From: a virus
Taxonomy: Duplodnaviria; Heunggongvirae; Uroviricota; Caudoviricetes
Strand: one strand, 5' to 3'
IMG/VR virus record: IMGVR_UViG_3300042260_000241
Length of the DNA: 64,000 nt
Below, piece by piece: positions 33,336 to 44,420 of this stretch. Below the pieces are notes generated by a model that was not told the DNA's origin, made no database searches, and saw nothing but the letters and a program-made list of their open reading frames with translations. Made by a program: the position numbers and the translations under genes. Every line of letters starts with the position of its first letter. The first letter of the stretch is position 1.

Positions 33336-33670
33336 TGAAACAACGTACTGACTCTTATATCTTCACCGCTGATCCTATGTCAGTGAGTGATATGCAAAGC
33401 ATCAACGTTGTTCGTAAAACTGTTGCTGCATCTAACAAGATTGCTCGACAGAATCATAAGTGGGCTTGCCAACGTGCTGCGTACAATGGTGAACCTAAAC
33501 CTAAAGTTCCTACGATGTATCGTGTACGACTCATGCCTCGTGGCCCTCGTAAAGCAGCTTACGAACAACACCTTGCAGAAGGTGGGCACAAATTGTGGAT
33601 GGGATTCAACGTCTATCTTCCTCAAAAATACGCAAAGGCCTTTGATGTCTATGTTCACGAATGCCGATAA
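33335..33670 (+). CDS. hypothetical protein
   Basis: An ORF coupled through ATGA to the upstream gene. Confidence 0.4.
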   Translation: MKQRTDSYIFTADPMSVSDMQSINVVRKTVAASNKIARQNHKWACQRAAYNGEPKPKVPTMYRVRLMPRGPRKAAYEQHLAEGGHKLWMGFNVYLPQKYAKAFDVYVHECR

Positions 33671-36400
33671 TTTGAAAATGCAAGTAGACACTATGCTACT
33701 TGCATTGCTGGGTTCTCAAGAGCTTGTAGAACGTTGGTGGTGTGGTGAAAACTGGCATTTTAATCTTGAGAGACCTGAAGTGATATGGTCTAAAGATCCC
33801 AATGTGGTGTATGCATACGTGGCCGGGTCCTGTTACAAGTAATACTTAAGTATACAGCTGGTTTTAGTCAACTATTATGTACATAAATTCGTACATTTGA
33901 TATAATCTATCCATAGACTAAGGAAACAAATCATGGCTCGTAAATCTAAAGATGTTGTAACAGTTGTTGATGGCGTAAAGTTTACACAATGCGCTTATCG
34001 TGGTCCTCGTAAAGGTGAAGCTACATTCCCTACAGACAAATCACGATATACAGTGTGGGCACAAACTGCATCTAAGTATGTACGTGGATCTGGTGCTTGC
34101 CAAGGTACTATTGACAAAATTGGAGCTTAAATGGATTTGCGAAAATTGATTATTGAACGTATTTTCTTTGCGTTCACTGACGAAGAACTTCAGAATGGTC
34201 TTGGTGTACACCCTGACGAAGTTGAAACTCTTAGCGATCTTGATCTTCTTGAACTCTATGAAGAAACCTTTAATTCGCCTGGATGTGATGAAATATGACT
34301 AAACCTAAAATTGTTTTTGCGCCAGGTTGCTTTGATAATCTAGACGTATCTCAAGAAGAACTTGACAAATTAATGGCTGATCTTCAACAAATGGTTGAGG
34401 ATGGCACATTGTTCGAAAATTCTCGATTGCTTGATGAGAACGATCCCGAAGATCTTGAAATCATGAAAAAAATCGATAGCGAAATGATCGAAAATGCTAA
34501 TCGGAAATTGCAATGAAATACTGGACTATCGCATTTCCCGGTGAGTGTGGTCAACACGTTGTAGAAACGTGGAGCGAAGATCAAATTCTGAGTTCAGCTT
34601 GGTACAGAAACTGGGTGTATAAAATGGTACAGGCCAATAAGCATTCTCTCATTAGTGATGAACTTGCGATTGATGATTGGTGTGTAGTTCATTGGGCTAT
34701 TGAAACAGATGAATGGGGAAATAAGTTATGAGTGATCGTGTGTATGCACCTGACAAATGGGTAGTGATTGAAATTACAAATAAAGAAGGCGTATCTCATA
34801 AGCGTGTTCTTGGTTCGTGGTATGGCGGATTTGCAAATGGTGATTCCTGGCGAGCAAGTTCTGGTATCACCGAAGTAATTGATGAAGGTGATCACTATCG
34901 AGTTCTTAATGAATCAGGTAGTACGTATAATTGCTTCAAAGGATGTGAAGGTATGAGTGGATATACGATGGGTGTATTGTCACGCATGCAAAAGCAAACT
35001 GAAGAAGATGGTGGTAAAATTGAAGTAGTGGAGATACAAAATGCGTAATCGTTATGGCGATGAATATGAGTTTGTAAAACTCGATGAGAACACCTATACA
35101 ATCAAAGGTGATTTGAAGTATTGGCGTTTTGGTGGACGTGAAGGTCAAGAACGCATGGACATGTCAGATGTTGGTTTCGTAGATCCAAGTGGTGGTCCAT
35201 TCATTTCACTTGGTTATCATATTGAAGGACGTCCTGTTACACGTATTAGTGTTGATGGCAACCTAGATGGTATGCCTAACATTGCATTTGAGGTTGTATG
35301 ACTTGGGTTCTCAGTATATGCACAGCGGGATGGTTGATGTGCGGATCATATGTTGAAGCACGTTATCCATCCGAAGAAGCATGTTATAAGGCACTAAACG
35401 ATTTGTACACACGAAATCCAAAGGGTTATAACTACGTTCTATGTTCACCTGTTGCTGGAGTGACAAAGCCATCATGAGATATCGTATCATTAGAGAATCA
35501 AACCTAAATGGTGATCGCTTTTATGAAGTTCATTTTTACGAACAGGTGAAATATATGTACTTCTTCAAACGTTGGAAGTGGGTACCATCAGTTGAGCATG
35601 AACGTCGTGCCGAATGGTGGTTTACTCGTACAGCTCGATATGCAACGTTTGAAGAAGCTCAAAAAGTCGTCAATGCCCGTGCCACAAAACGCATGGAAGT
35701 TGAGGTGGGTGAAGTAGAACGTGATAATTCGTATAGAGTATGATTGGACATAACTTCAACCGCAACCTACATGCCAAGGGGATGTTCGTGTATTGTGGTC
35801 GATGTGGGCTCATACGTTTAGGAAATCGAGCCACTCAAAAGGCGATCAACAAACCTTGTGTGGGTCTACGGGATCTTGAAGATGAAGAATACCTGAAAGC
35901 TACTGGCAAGAAAGGTAAACCTTGAGTTTTCAAATCCTGCTGCACGATAATAAACTTTAGTATACACTTTCAGAACTGGAATGACGTACGTTCATTCTTC
36001 CTGCTCGAGTGAGTATCCTACCACCACGTTCTCATAGAAATACCCGACTAAAATAGTCAACTATTCCCGTAAAATACACCATGTGGTATAATCTACTTTT
36101 CGGAGTAAACACATGGCAAACACATCTAAATTCTCTTTCGTAATTCTTTTGGAATACGTTCCTATTACTATTTCAGATCTGTATACTTACGGTTTAAAAA
36201 TTATCGAAAATGAATCAGATTTGGAACTTGGTTACTTTACAGTAGAAGGTGAAAACCAAAGTATTAAAGAATTCAAATCCTTCCTTAATGGGACAAATTT
36301 CATCTAATGAAATAGTTGACTGTTTTAGTCAACTACTATTCCCAATAAATTGACGTTTTGATATAATCTATCTAACGACAAACAAACAAGGAAACACGAA

Positions 36401-36673
36401 ATGAATACAGCTCAATTGAACGCCCTCTCTATCGCTGAACTGATCGCTCTGAACACAAAGATCGTAGCGATCGTCAAGGAAAAACAACGTATGAATAATC
36501 GTACTGCATCCTTTGAGTTCATGCCCGGTCATTTGGTGAACTATACTTCGAACAAGTTTGGTGGACGTGAGTCGGGCAAAGTTCTCGAGGTGAAGCGTAC
36601 AAAAGTGTTGGTTGAAGTTGCAGGTCGTGGACGAGTTCTGGTGCCCGCATCAATGCTGCGTCACGGAGCCTAA
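36401..36673 (+). CDS. hypothetical protein
   Basis: An ORF after the promoter at about 36345. Confidence 0.4.
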   Translation: MNTAQLNALSIAELIALNTKIVAIVKEKQRMNNRTASFEFMPGHLVNYTSNKFGGRESGKVLEVKRTKVLVEVAGRGRVLVPASMLRHGA

Positions 36674-37188
36674 TCATGAGTGGTGCATACTTCTACATCG
36701 AATATCGTAACGGTAAAATCACCGAGATCGAATTCAAAACTCAAAAAATGGCAAAGAAAGCATACGAACTCTATGACAAGGAGCCCGAGGATTCTGCAAA
36801 AGGTTGGGGTTGGGATACGAAGTACGAGACCCCTTCATTGGCGCAACAAATTCGAGCAAGAAAAAGTCAATGAATGACTAAAGGAAAATTTTCAAATGAC
36901 TAGTATTTACCTACACAAAGATGACTTGGAAACGATTCTAAAGTTTCTAAAAGATTTTCCCGATGCTCATACCATTGAAGTGACGTGTGACAACAGTTCA
37001 GGCATTGGTTCAATCATCAATGCTACGATTCATGCACAGGATGTGTATGGCCATAAAGTAGCAGTCACGAAGAGCATCGTAGACGAAACAAGTTGGTAGT
37101 ACTAAAGTATACAGCTAGTTTCAGTATACTATTATGTTCGCAAATTCGTAGGTGTGATATAATCTATCCATAGACTAAGGAAACAAAC

Positions 37189-37545
37189 ATGGATAAGCAA
37201 GCATACCTCATCAAGCGTCTCGAATCGAACATTCAGTCCTGCAAGGAAAGCATGGACAAGTTCATCGAAAAGCTTAAGGAAGATCCCGCATATGCGCTTT
37301 CCTGGGGTACCGGTACGTTTCAGACTGCAGCGAATCTGAAAGTCTACGAAATGGTGTATGCTGCACTGACTGCTGAGACTCCTTGCTCGGTTCAAGCGGT
37401 GAAGGAAACTCTAATGGATCGAGTGCTGCACAAGTCCAAGTATCCGCCTCAGTCTACGTCTCCCTGCTCGAATTTGATGGAGCAGTACGAATTGGCTGCC
37501 TATGCTGATCTTCTTTCTGACCTGCGTTACTATGAAGGTGAATAA
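37189..37545 (+). CDS. hypothetical protein
   Basis: An ORF after the promoter at about 37135. Confidence 0.4.
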   Translation: MDKQAYLIKRLESNIQSCKESMDKFIEKLKEDPAYALSWGTGTFQTAANLKVYEMVYAALTAETPCSVQAVKETLMDRVLHKSKYPPQSTSPCSNLMEQYELAAYADLLSDLRYYEGE

Positions 37546-38952
37546 TATGATTAACGACTTCTGGCTTCGGCCAATCTATTTTGGACTGGGTTTCTCGGTC
37601 TGTTTCTTTCTCTTTTCGAAAGGTATTCTATGAGAACGCGTAGTGGTGACGTAATGGCGCTTCTATTTTATCTGGCTCTAATTATCGGTATTGTCTATGG
37701 CTGGATATCAAATATTGTGATTATCGCGGGATCGAATTTCAGTGAAATTACAGGTCTGCTTGTCCTTCGAGTTGTAGGTATATTCGTAGCACCGTTGGGT
37801 GTTGTATTGGGATATGTCTAAGATATTCATTATCGCAGGTACTCATGACGAGTATCTTCAGTGGCGCAGTAGAAACTTTCCCGAGTTACTTCTAAATGGT
37901 GAAATAAGCAAACCGACTGATATTATATACGTGTGTGGTGCAGAAACTCTTAAAGGAATATCAAATCCAACAGGTAGATTCATTGGCACGTGGTATAAAC
38001 GATCTAATATTGAAGAGATTCTATTTCAACTTCAAATCGCGGGAAAACTATTAGATACGAATATCATGACACAATTACTTACAATGGTACAGAAAAGACA
38101 TCATGCTTGAATATTGGACAGTAGAAAATACAGGTTGGAGTGGTGGAATATCGTGGTTTCAAATCGGCGGGACTGATGCTAATCCATTAAGATTTGAATC
38201 TAAATATGAAGCTATTGAATATCTTCTTGCAGAAAAAGAAGAATTAAATCAAGATACTACTCAGTGGAGAATCGTGCATACCACGTTTGAGAGAAGCGAT
38301 AATCGAGAAGTTACTACTCGAGTATGGACGATTATATGACTCTACAGGACGAATGGAATATAACAAATCAAAGTCTTGAATTCTTAAATAACGCCTTTAT
38401 TTCATTACATAAAAAGAATTCAAAAGACTGGTCTGATTTAGAAAATTATTTAGCTCTAGAATATCGTGAAAGCGCTAGAACGATATGTGAATGGAGATAT
38501 TGGATTCTTGAGAGAGCACGAAAAGAAGGTATTAAGATCAAATAAATGCCCTCTTTCTTAAAATAAAAGTATTCAAAACGCCATGACAAAGCCACGTACG
38601 TGACTTGAGAATACGTACGTGGATAGTTACAGGCCACGTTCTTCTCGTAATAGTTGACTAAAACAATCGGGTATTGGTTCCCAGTAAATTGATTTCGTGG
38701 TACAATAGATCCATTAAATCAACAAGGAGCACACGATGACAACTGTAGCACAAATGATCGAGTGGATGAAGACTCTCCCGCAAGACGCAGAAGTCGAGTG
38801 CGGTGTGGAAGTCACTGGCGGCTACAGCACCTACATGGAAATGCGGCCGGTTGACATCGAATACAGCGATGTTCTCGACTACACTGGTCCGGAGTATGAC
38901 AAATACCCGAATATCAGAGGCAAGGTCATGGTTATGATCCGAGGAGGATGAG

Positions 38953-39120
38953 ATGAACGAACGAATTGAACAACTTGCTCTTGAGTGTTATCAGGCTCCT
39001 GAGTTTGATTATAAAAAGTTCGCCGAGTTGATTGTTAGGGAATGTGTTGAAATTGTTGATGCGCGGTGGGATCCTGTTCTTGTTGAAAAGATTAAAGAAC
39101 ATTTCGGAGTTGAAGAATGA
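38953..39120 (+). CDS. small protein, paralog of 42592..42840 (MNERI...FAELIVREC...HFGVEE family)
   Basis: A 55-aa ORF missing from the track. Its N- and C-terminal blocks are shared with the downstream paralog. Confidence 0.45.
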   Translation: MNERIEQLALECYQAPEFDYKKFAELIVRECVEIVDARWDPVLVEKIKEHFGVEE

Positions 39121-39281
39121 TTGTATACGTAGTGACAGGATGGCCGAATACCTGTCCCAGTGAGAAGTTTGAAGCTGGGTCGTATAAAACTCGAGAACGA
39201 GCTGAAGAAGTCATGGAGATTTCCTATCAAGATTACTTGAACTGCGAATTCGAGATTGAAGAAATGTGGGTCGAAGAATGA
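39117..39281 (+). CDS. small protein, paralog of 42837..42998
   Basis: ATGA-coupled, with a shared MI.(V/F)VV...W...E...C.FE(V/I)EE pattern. Confidence 0.4.
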   Translation: MIVYVVTGWPNTCPSEKFEAGSYKTRERAEEVMEISYQDYLNCEFEIEEMWVEE

Positions 39282-40494
39282 AATTTCTTGATGTAAAGTG
39301 GTTCTGTGCTGGGCATGGCAATTGTGCCATCGTAAAGGTAGAAGATCCATATGAGGGTGTGAAGTACTATATCGGCGCTTTTCCAGGTGAAGCTCATGGT
39401 CATAATGAACAGGAAGATATCGAACACGTGATGAATTGGGGATCTAGCTTTCCAAAAACCAGTTGGTGATATTCTATTTGGATGAATATGAACTATAAGC
39501 ACTACTGTCCCGAGTACGATTTTCTTGAAATAGATGCTGATTCGCCCGAATACGAGAACTGTATCTGTGAAATAGATTCTAATGGTCGAGGACCAGAATA
39601 TCATAAAGGTGATCGTGTACTAGTAAAGCCAAATAAGTTACAGGCAACGGTGATTCGTCAAATCCTGACCTATGATTATCCTGAATCCTTTTGGGGTAAT
39701 GTAGAACTACTCTACGACGACGGTGTCAAAGGATTATCAAATAGCTGGCAGGTGGAGAAGATATGACATATATTCTAATGATTTGGACAGTAGTAGGATT
39801 TGCAGGTATGAGTCATAGTACTGCTACTAAAATGGATTGGCGACCACTGGGTGAGTTTCATATGGAAGAAGATCGTATAGGTAAGAAGACAGCATATCAA
39901 ATGTGTGAAGAAGGTGCTCGTCAATTAGGTCTAAAATCTGAAAACTATCGCTGCGTGAGATCAAAATGAATAACATAGATCCAAAACGAAACTGGCCTGA
40001 AGACTATTATCACGAAAATGGTGAATACTATTGTCGGTGTCATGTATGCAATAATATGTTTATTGGATATAAGAGAAGAGTAGTATGTAAGATATGCAGT
40101 GAAAAGAATAACAAAAAAGAAATAGCAAAATCATCAGGTTATTCTCGTATTGGATTGAATAATGTCTAACGATCTAACAGAATTCCTACCAGATATAGAG
40201 AAACATATTCCCGTAGAATATAAGCGAAACTATCGAGAAGTAAAATACCTATCGAGAAAAAGAGAACATGACCTAGGAGATCCTTTCCTTGAAGAAGAAA
40301 AGATCGAAAGGATGTTTCAATAAACGGGTAGTCAATGAAAGGACGTTTCTATTTATGGTGTAGCCGGAGACACACCTGCGTACACCTGCATGTCCAAAGT
40401 TACCATTGTAGGCGCTCATCGTATCTCGGCGTCTTGAAAACAAAAGTATTCAATATCTCCGGGACGGGAACCGAATCCGAAAGTATTCAATTTC

Positions 40495-40560
40495 CTCTGC
40501 TAATACCCGACTAATTTAGTATACTACTATGTCCGGAAATTAGATTTCGTGGTATAATTA
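40495..40560 (+). promoter_or_regulatory. PeSL-like module
   Basis: atacccgactaatttagtatact hairpin followed by TGTCCGGAAATTAGATTTCGTGGTATAAT. Confidence 0.5.
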
Positions 40561-40586
40561 CTCTAACGGGAAACAAACAAGGATAC

Positions 40587-40796
40587 ATGATGATGAACTT
40601 CGAAGACCGCTGCCTCGCAATCGTAAAATCTGTTACAGATATCCCTGCCGATTTCTATAATGGTACCATGTTTCTGGAAACAGAAGATTCTAAGATCGCT
40701 ACCGAAGTCTATAACGCTCTGTCGATCAACAATCAGACCATCGGCATCATCTTCGGTAAGTGCGCCTCCGGTGAAACTTCCTACGATTTTGTCTGA
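40587..40796 (+). CDS. hypothetical protein (first gene of the GC-rich codon-usage cassette)
   Basis: An ORF with a strong ctg/tcc/ggt codon bias, unlike its neighbours. Confidence 0.45.
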   Translation: MMMNFEDRCLAIVKSVTDIPADFYNGTMFLETEDSKIATEVYNALSINNQTIGIIFGKCASGETSYDFV

Positions 40797-41009
40797 TTCT
40801 GTGGTATAATCAACTCATGAAATACATCAAAGAACTTCTCCAAGCTGCAATCCTCGCCGTCCTCTTCGGTGGTCCTCTCTTTGCCTACTTCCTGTTTGTC
40901 ATGAAGCCGTAATACCAAAGTATACAGCTAGTTCTAGTATACTATTAGTGTACGACAATTAGACGTTTTGTTATAATTAACCTATCGACAAACAAACAGG
41001 AACCTTCAT

Positions 41010-41933
41010 ATGACCACAAACGTACAGATCTCCTTCTCCAAAGCTACCAACAAGTTCACTTGCGTTATCAACGGTAACAAGTTTACTACGGGTAAGCAGG
41101 ACTACATCGAGTACATGTACAAGAAGATCACTGGTACCAAGAAGACTTTCGCTGAAATCGCTGGCGAAAAGAAGGCTTCCACTGCCGAAAAGTACAACAT
41201 CAACGAGCGCTTCGAGTTCGTCGAGAACCTGGTCGAAATGATCGCATCGGGTCTGACTCCCTCGGCTGTGATCACCGGTGAAGGTGGCCTCGGCAAGACC
41301 TATACTGTCAACAAGACTCTGGTTGCTTCGGGTCTGAAGGACCTCTCGGATGTTGGTGCTCTGGAAGTTGCCTCTACCATCAATCGTAACAACTCCTTCA
41401 CCTCCGTTAAGGGTTACTCTACTCCTAAGGGTCTGTATCGTACTCTCTACGAGAACAAGGACTCGGTGGTCGTGTTCGACGACTGCGACTCTATTCTGAA
41501 GGATCCAGTTGCTCTGAACCTGTTGAAGTCTGCTCTGGACTCCTATGGCAAGCGGATCATCTCCTGGAATGCTGAAACCTCCTTTGGTCGCGATGAAGAC
41601 CTGCCACGTAGCTTCGAGTTCAAGGGTCGTGTAATCTTCATCTCTAACATGTCTCAGGACAAGATCGATCAGGCCATCCGTTCACGTAGCATGATGGTTG
41701 ACCTCTCTATGACCGAAGACCAGAAGATCGAGCGTATGGAAGTCATCTCTGCCTCTGACGAGTTCCTGCCTGAATTCTCTGTTGAATACAAGAAGGATGC
41801 TCTTGACCTGATTCGTTCGGTCAAGGAAGACGCCAAGGAGATCTCCCTGCGTACTCTGATCTCGGTTACTAAGATTCGTGCTTCCGGTAACAAGAACTGG
41901 AAGGGTATGGCAACCTATATCCTGTGCAACTAA
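41010..41933 (+). CDS. AAA+ ATPase
   Basis: GEGGLGKTY is a Walker A motif and VVVFDDCD a Walker B motif. GC content is about 52% against a window average of about 40%. Confidence 0.65.
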   Translation: MTTNVQISFSKATNKFTCVINGNKFTTGKQDYIEYMYKKITGTKKTFAEIAGEKKASTAEKYNINERFEFVENLVEMIASGLTPSAVITGEGGLGKTYTVNKTLVASGLKDLSDVGALEVASTINRNNSFTSVKGYSTPKGLYRTLYENKDSVVVFDDCDSILKDPVALNLLKSALDSYGKRIISWNAETSFGRDEDLPRSFEFKGRVIFISNMSQDKIDQAIRSRSMMVDLSMTEDQKIERMEVISASDEFLPEFSVEYKKDALDLIRSVKEDAKEISLRTLISVTKIRASGNKNWKGMATYILCN

Positions 41934-41945
41934 TACGGAGTACTC

Positions 41946-42095
41946 ATGAGTAAGATGGGTGAACTAATACTGGATATCCAAACGGCGCTGGAGGAGGGTA
42001 ACCTCTCCTTCAGAGAGATTGCCTACAGGTTCGAGGTACCCTACGACTGGGTAGTAACGATCGCTGAGGAGATGGCGGAAGAAGAAGCGGAGTAA
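41946..42095 (+). CDS. small acidic protein (GC-rich cassette)
   Basis: A 49-aa ORF with the same codon bias. Confidence 0.35.
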   Translation: MSKMGELILDIQTALEEGNLSFREIAYRFEVPYDWVVTIAEEMAEEEAE

Positions 42096-42591
42096 CCTTC
42101 TAGATTGCGGTTTTAAATCAGGAGTCCAGCGGTATGGGCTTTAGGCCTTTGATGCGGGTCTTCGGAGATTCAGTTGAAAACGGATTCTAAGATGACTTGT
42201 CATCCTCGGGAAAATTTCCCGCCAGAAAAAATCACTTTGAAACGGAATTGTCCTCAAAAAATCTCGGGAAAAAATTTAGCATGAAAACGGAAATTATATG
42301 TTAACACTTATATTGTCAGGATGTATGCTCGGAGTGTATATCTTTATGACTGGACTAGATCGAGATAAATGGATAGCTTGGTCTAGCGCGGCGCTCATGG
42401 CTTTTAACTGGTTTGTAGCAGAGATACAATTGTATCGAGCACTATACTAATGGTGTCCATTAATTCATAATTAGATTATAATCTATCATGCAATTTATCT
42501 TTGGTATCATACTCTTGTACTTCATGTTCTATGGAGATCCGGATGTATTTGATCTCCTGCATGCTTTCTTGATAAAATACCTGAGTGGACT

Positions 42592-42840
42592 ATGAACGAA
42601 CGAATTCGAGAACTTTGGTCTCAGGCTGGTGGTCATTATAATGGTGGCAACCAACACACTTGGCCTGAATATACAATTACTGATCCTGAAAAGTTCGCCG
42701 AGTTGATTGTGAGAGAATGTGCCGAATTGTCTGTGAATAGTCAATATGCCAATACCAAAAATGAGTATTATGAAGGCTTCAATGAGGCATTGGTTTATGC
42801 TGGAAATAAGATTAGAAAACATTTCGGAGTTGAAGAATGA
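42592..42840 (+). CDS. small protein, paralog of 38953..39120
   Basis: Shared MNERI...KFAELIVREC...KHFGVEE blocks. Confidence 0.5.
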   Translation: MNERIRELWSQAGGHYNGGNQHTWPEYTITDPEKFAELIVRECAELSVNSQYANTKNEYYEGFNEALVYAGNKIRKHFGVEE

Positions 42841-42998
42841 TCCAGTTCGTAGTTAGAGAAGTAGAATGGGGCGGGGATGTAGATGGCACTGGTCCCGAGC
42901 GTTGGTTGGGCCGGGCTGTGGGCTGCTTCGATACAGAGGACGAAGCAATAGACTTTGCCGATGCTCAATGGAATGAATGTGAAGTGGTTGAGGAATGA
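42837..42998 (+). CDS. small protein, paralog of 39117..39281 (GC-rich)
   Basis: An ATGA-coupled 53-aa ORF. Confidence 0.4.
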   Translation: MIQFVVREVEWGGDVDGTGPERWLGRAVGCFDTEDEAIDFADAQWNECEVVEE

Positions 42999-43865
42999 TA
43001 CAATACTCTGAAAAGTTCGACGCCTATTATGATGACGAGACGAACGAATGGCTCGAGTCAAAATGCGACGACCCGACATGCGAGTACTGTGTGAGCCGTC
43101 CTGAGAAACCCGAGGAAAAACATGCTACTGATTAATGCTGCTATGAATCTTGTTGTATTTCTGTGGATGTACGAGAATTTGCGATCATGGTCGGGTGCAC
43201 TATACCGATTTGTTATGTGGGCTAATCTGGTGTGGGTTCCTGTTTGCATGGTGTTTTACTTCTATGAATGACTTTGCTTTCTATGGTGCGATTGTAGCGC
43301 TGCTACTAATTGTTACAGGTAGTCCTGGATTGGCTGTGATCATGATGTTTATTGCTTGGATAGCATCATGATTTTAGGCTATACCGAAAAGGAAGATGGT
43401 AGCTGGGAAGCAATTATGCCCGCTGAACGTGGATACATATACACTCAAGCTTTCATCTTATGCCGTGAATGTAATAAGGCAATTCGACCTCAGGGTGGAC
43501 CTCGATATAACAGTGTATGTTTGGAATGCTATGAAAAGATACGAAAAATTTGACGACTGGTTTTGGGAGATAGAGGGATTTGGAACTCGAGGAGAACGAT
43601 TCTTCGAATCACTTGATCATATGTCTGATAAAGAAGGCCTTGAATGGTTGAAGGCTTGTTGGGAATGTGCACGAAATGAACATAAGGAATCAAATGAATA
43701 AAGGCTTAAATGTACCAGGTTTGAAATTACCTTGGGAAGTTGTTGATGCAATCATATTGGCTGCAATGCTTGATCAGCATACTACATTGAAAACCGAGTT
43801 ATACGAACATCATGTGAATGGAAAATGGATGCATCCCGAAGATGTAATTCGTTCTAAGGATATGC

Positions 43866-44336
43866 TTGTTCACATTGAAGCTATTATTGATTATTATGGA
43901 GGTGGAAATGTCTGAAGATAAGTATGATGCCTTTGTTGCGGGATTAGAATCTAAGTATCCAAAAATGTTTAGTGAACCTTATGGCGGTGTGGCTGTAGGT
44001 GAAGGTTGGTGGCCTATCATCGAAGCACTCTGTGCACAAATTCATCATCATGTAAAATGGAAACAGGAACAGAAAGAAAAGTATAATCGTGGAGAAGGTT
44101 GTCCTCCTGTAACTATTTCGCAAATCAAGGAAAAGTTTGGTGGCCTTCGTTTCTACTACGAAGGTGGCGATCCAGCTATTGCTGGTATGGTCACTATGGC
44201 AGAATCCTGGGCAGCTCATTCCTGTGAAGAATGCGGCAAACCTGGAAAGTCTCGCGAAGGTGGTTGGATTCGTACTCTCTGCGATGAACATGAGGCAGAA
44301 CGCCAAGCCGAAATGAAAAGACGTTTTGGTGATTAA
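43866..44336 (+). CDS. hypothetical protein
   Basis: A 156-aa ORF. Confidence 0.45.
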   Translation: MFTLKLLLIIMEVEMSEDKYDAFVAGLESKYPKMFSEPYGGVAVGEGWWPIIEALCAQIHHHVKWKQEQKEKYNRGEGCPPVTISQIKEKFGGLRFYYEGGDPAIAGMVTMAESWAAHSCEECGKPGKSREGGWIRTLCDEHEAERQAEMKRRFGD

Positions 44337-44420
44337 GATAAATTTGAAAAATTAAATTGTACAGAAATTCGTGGAATTGGTATAATAGATCTCTGAGTAA
44401 CAACTAAATGTAACTATATT

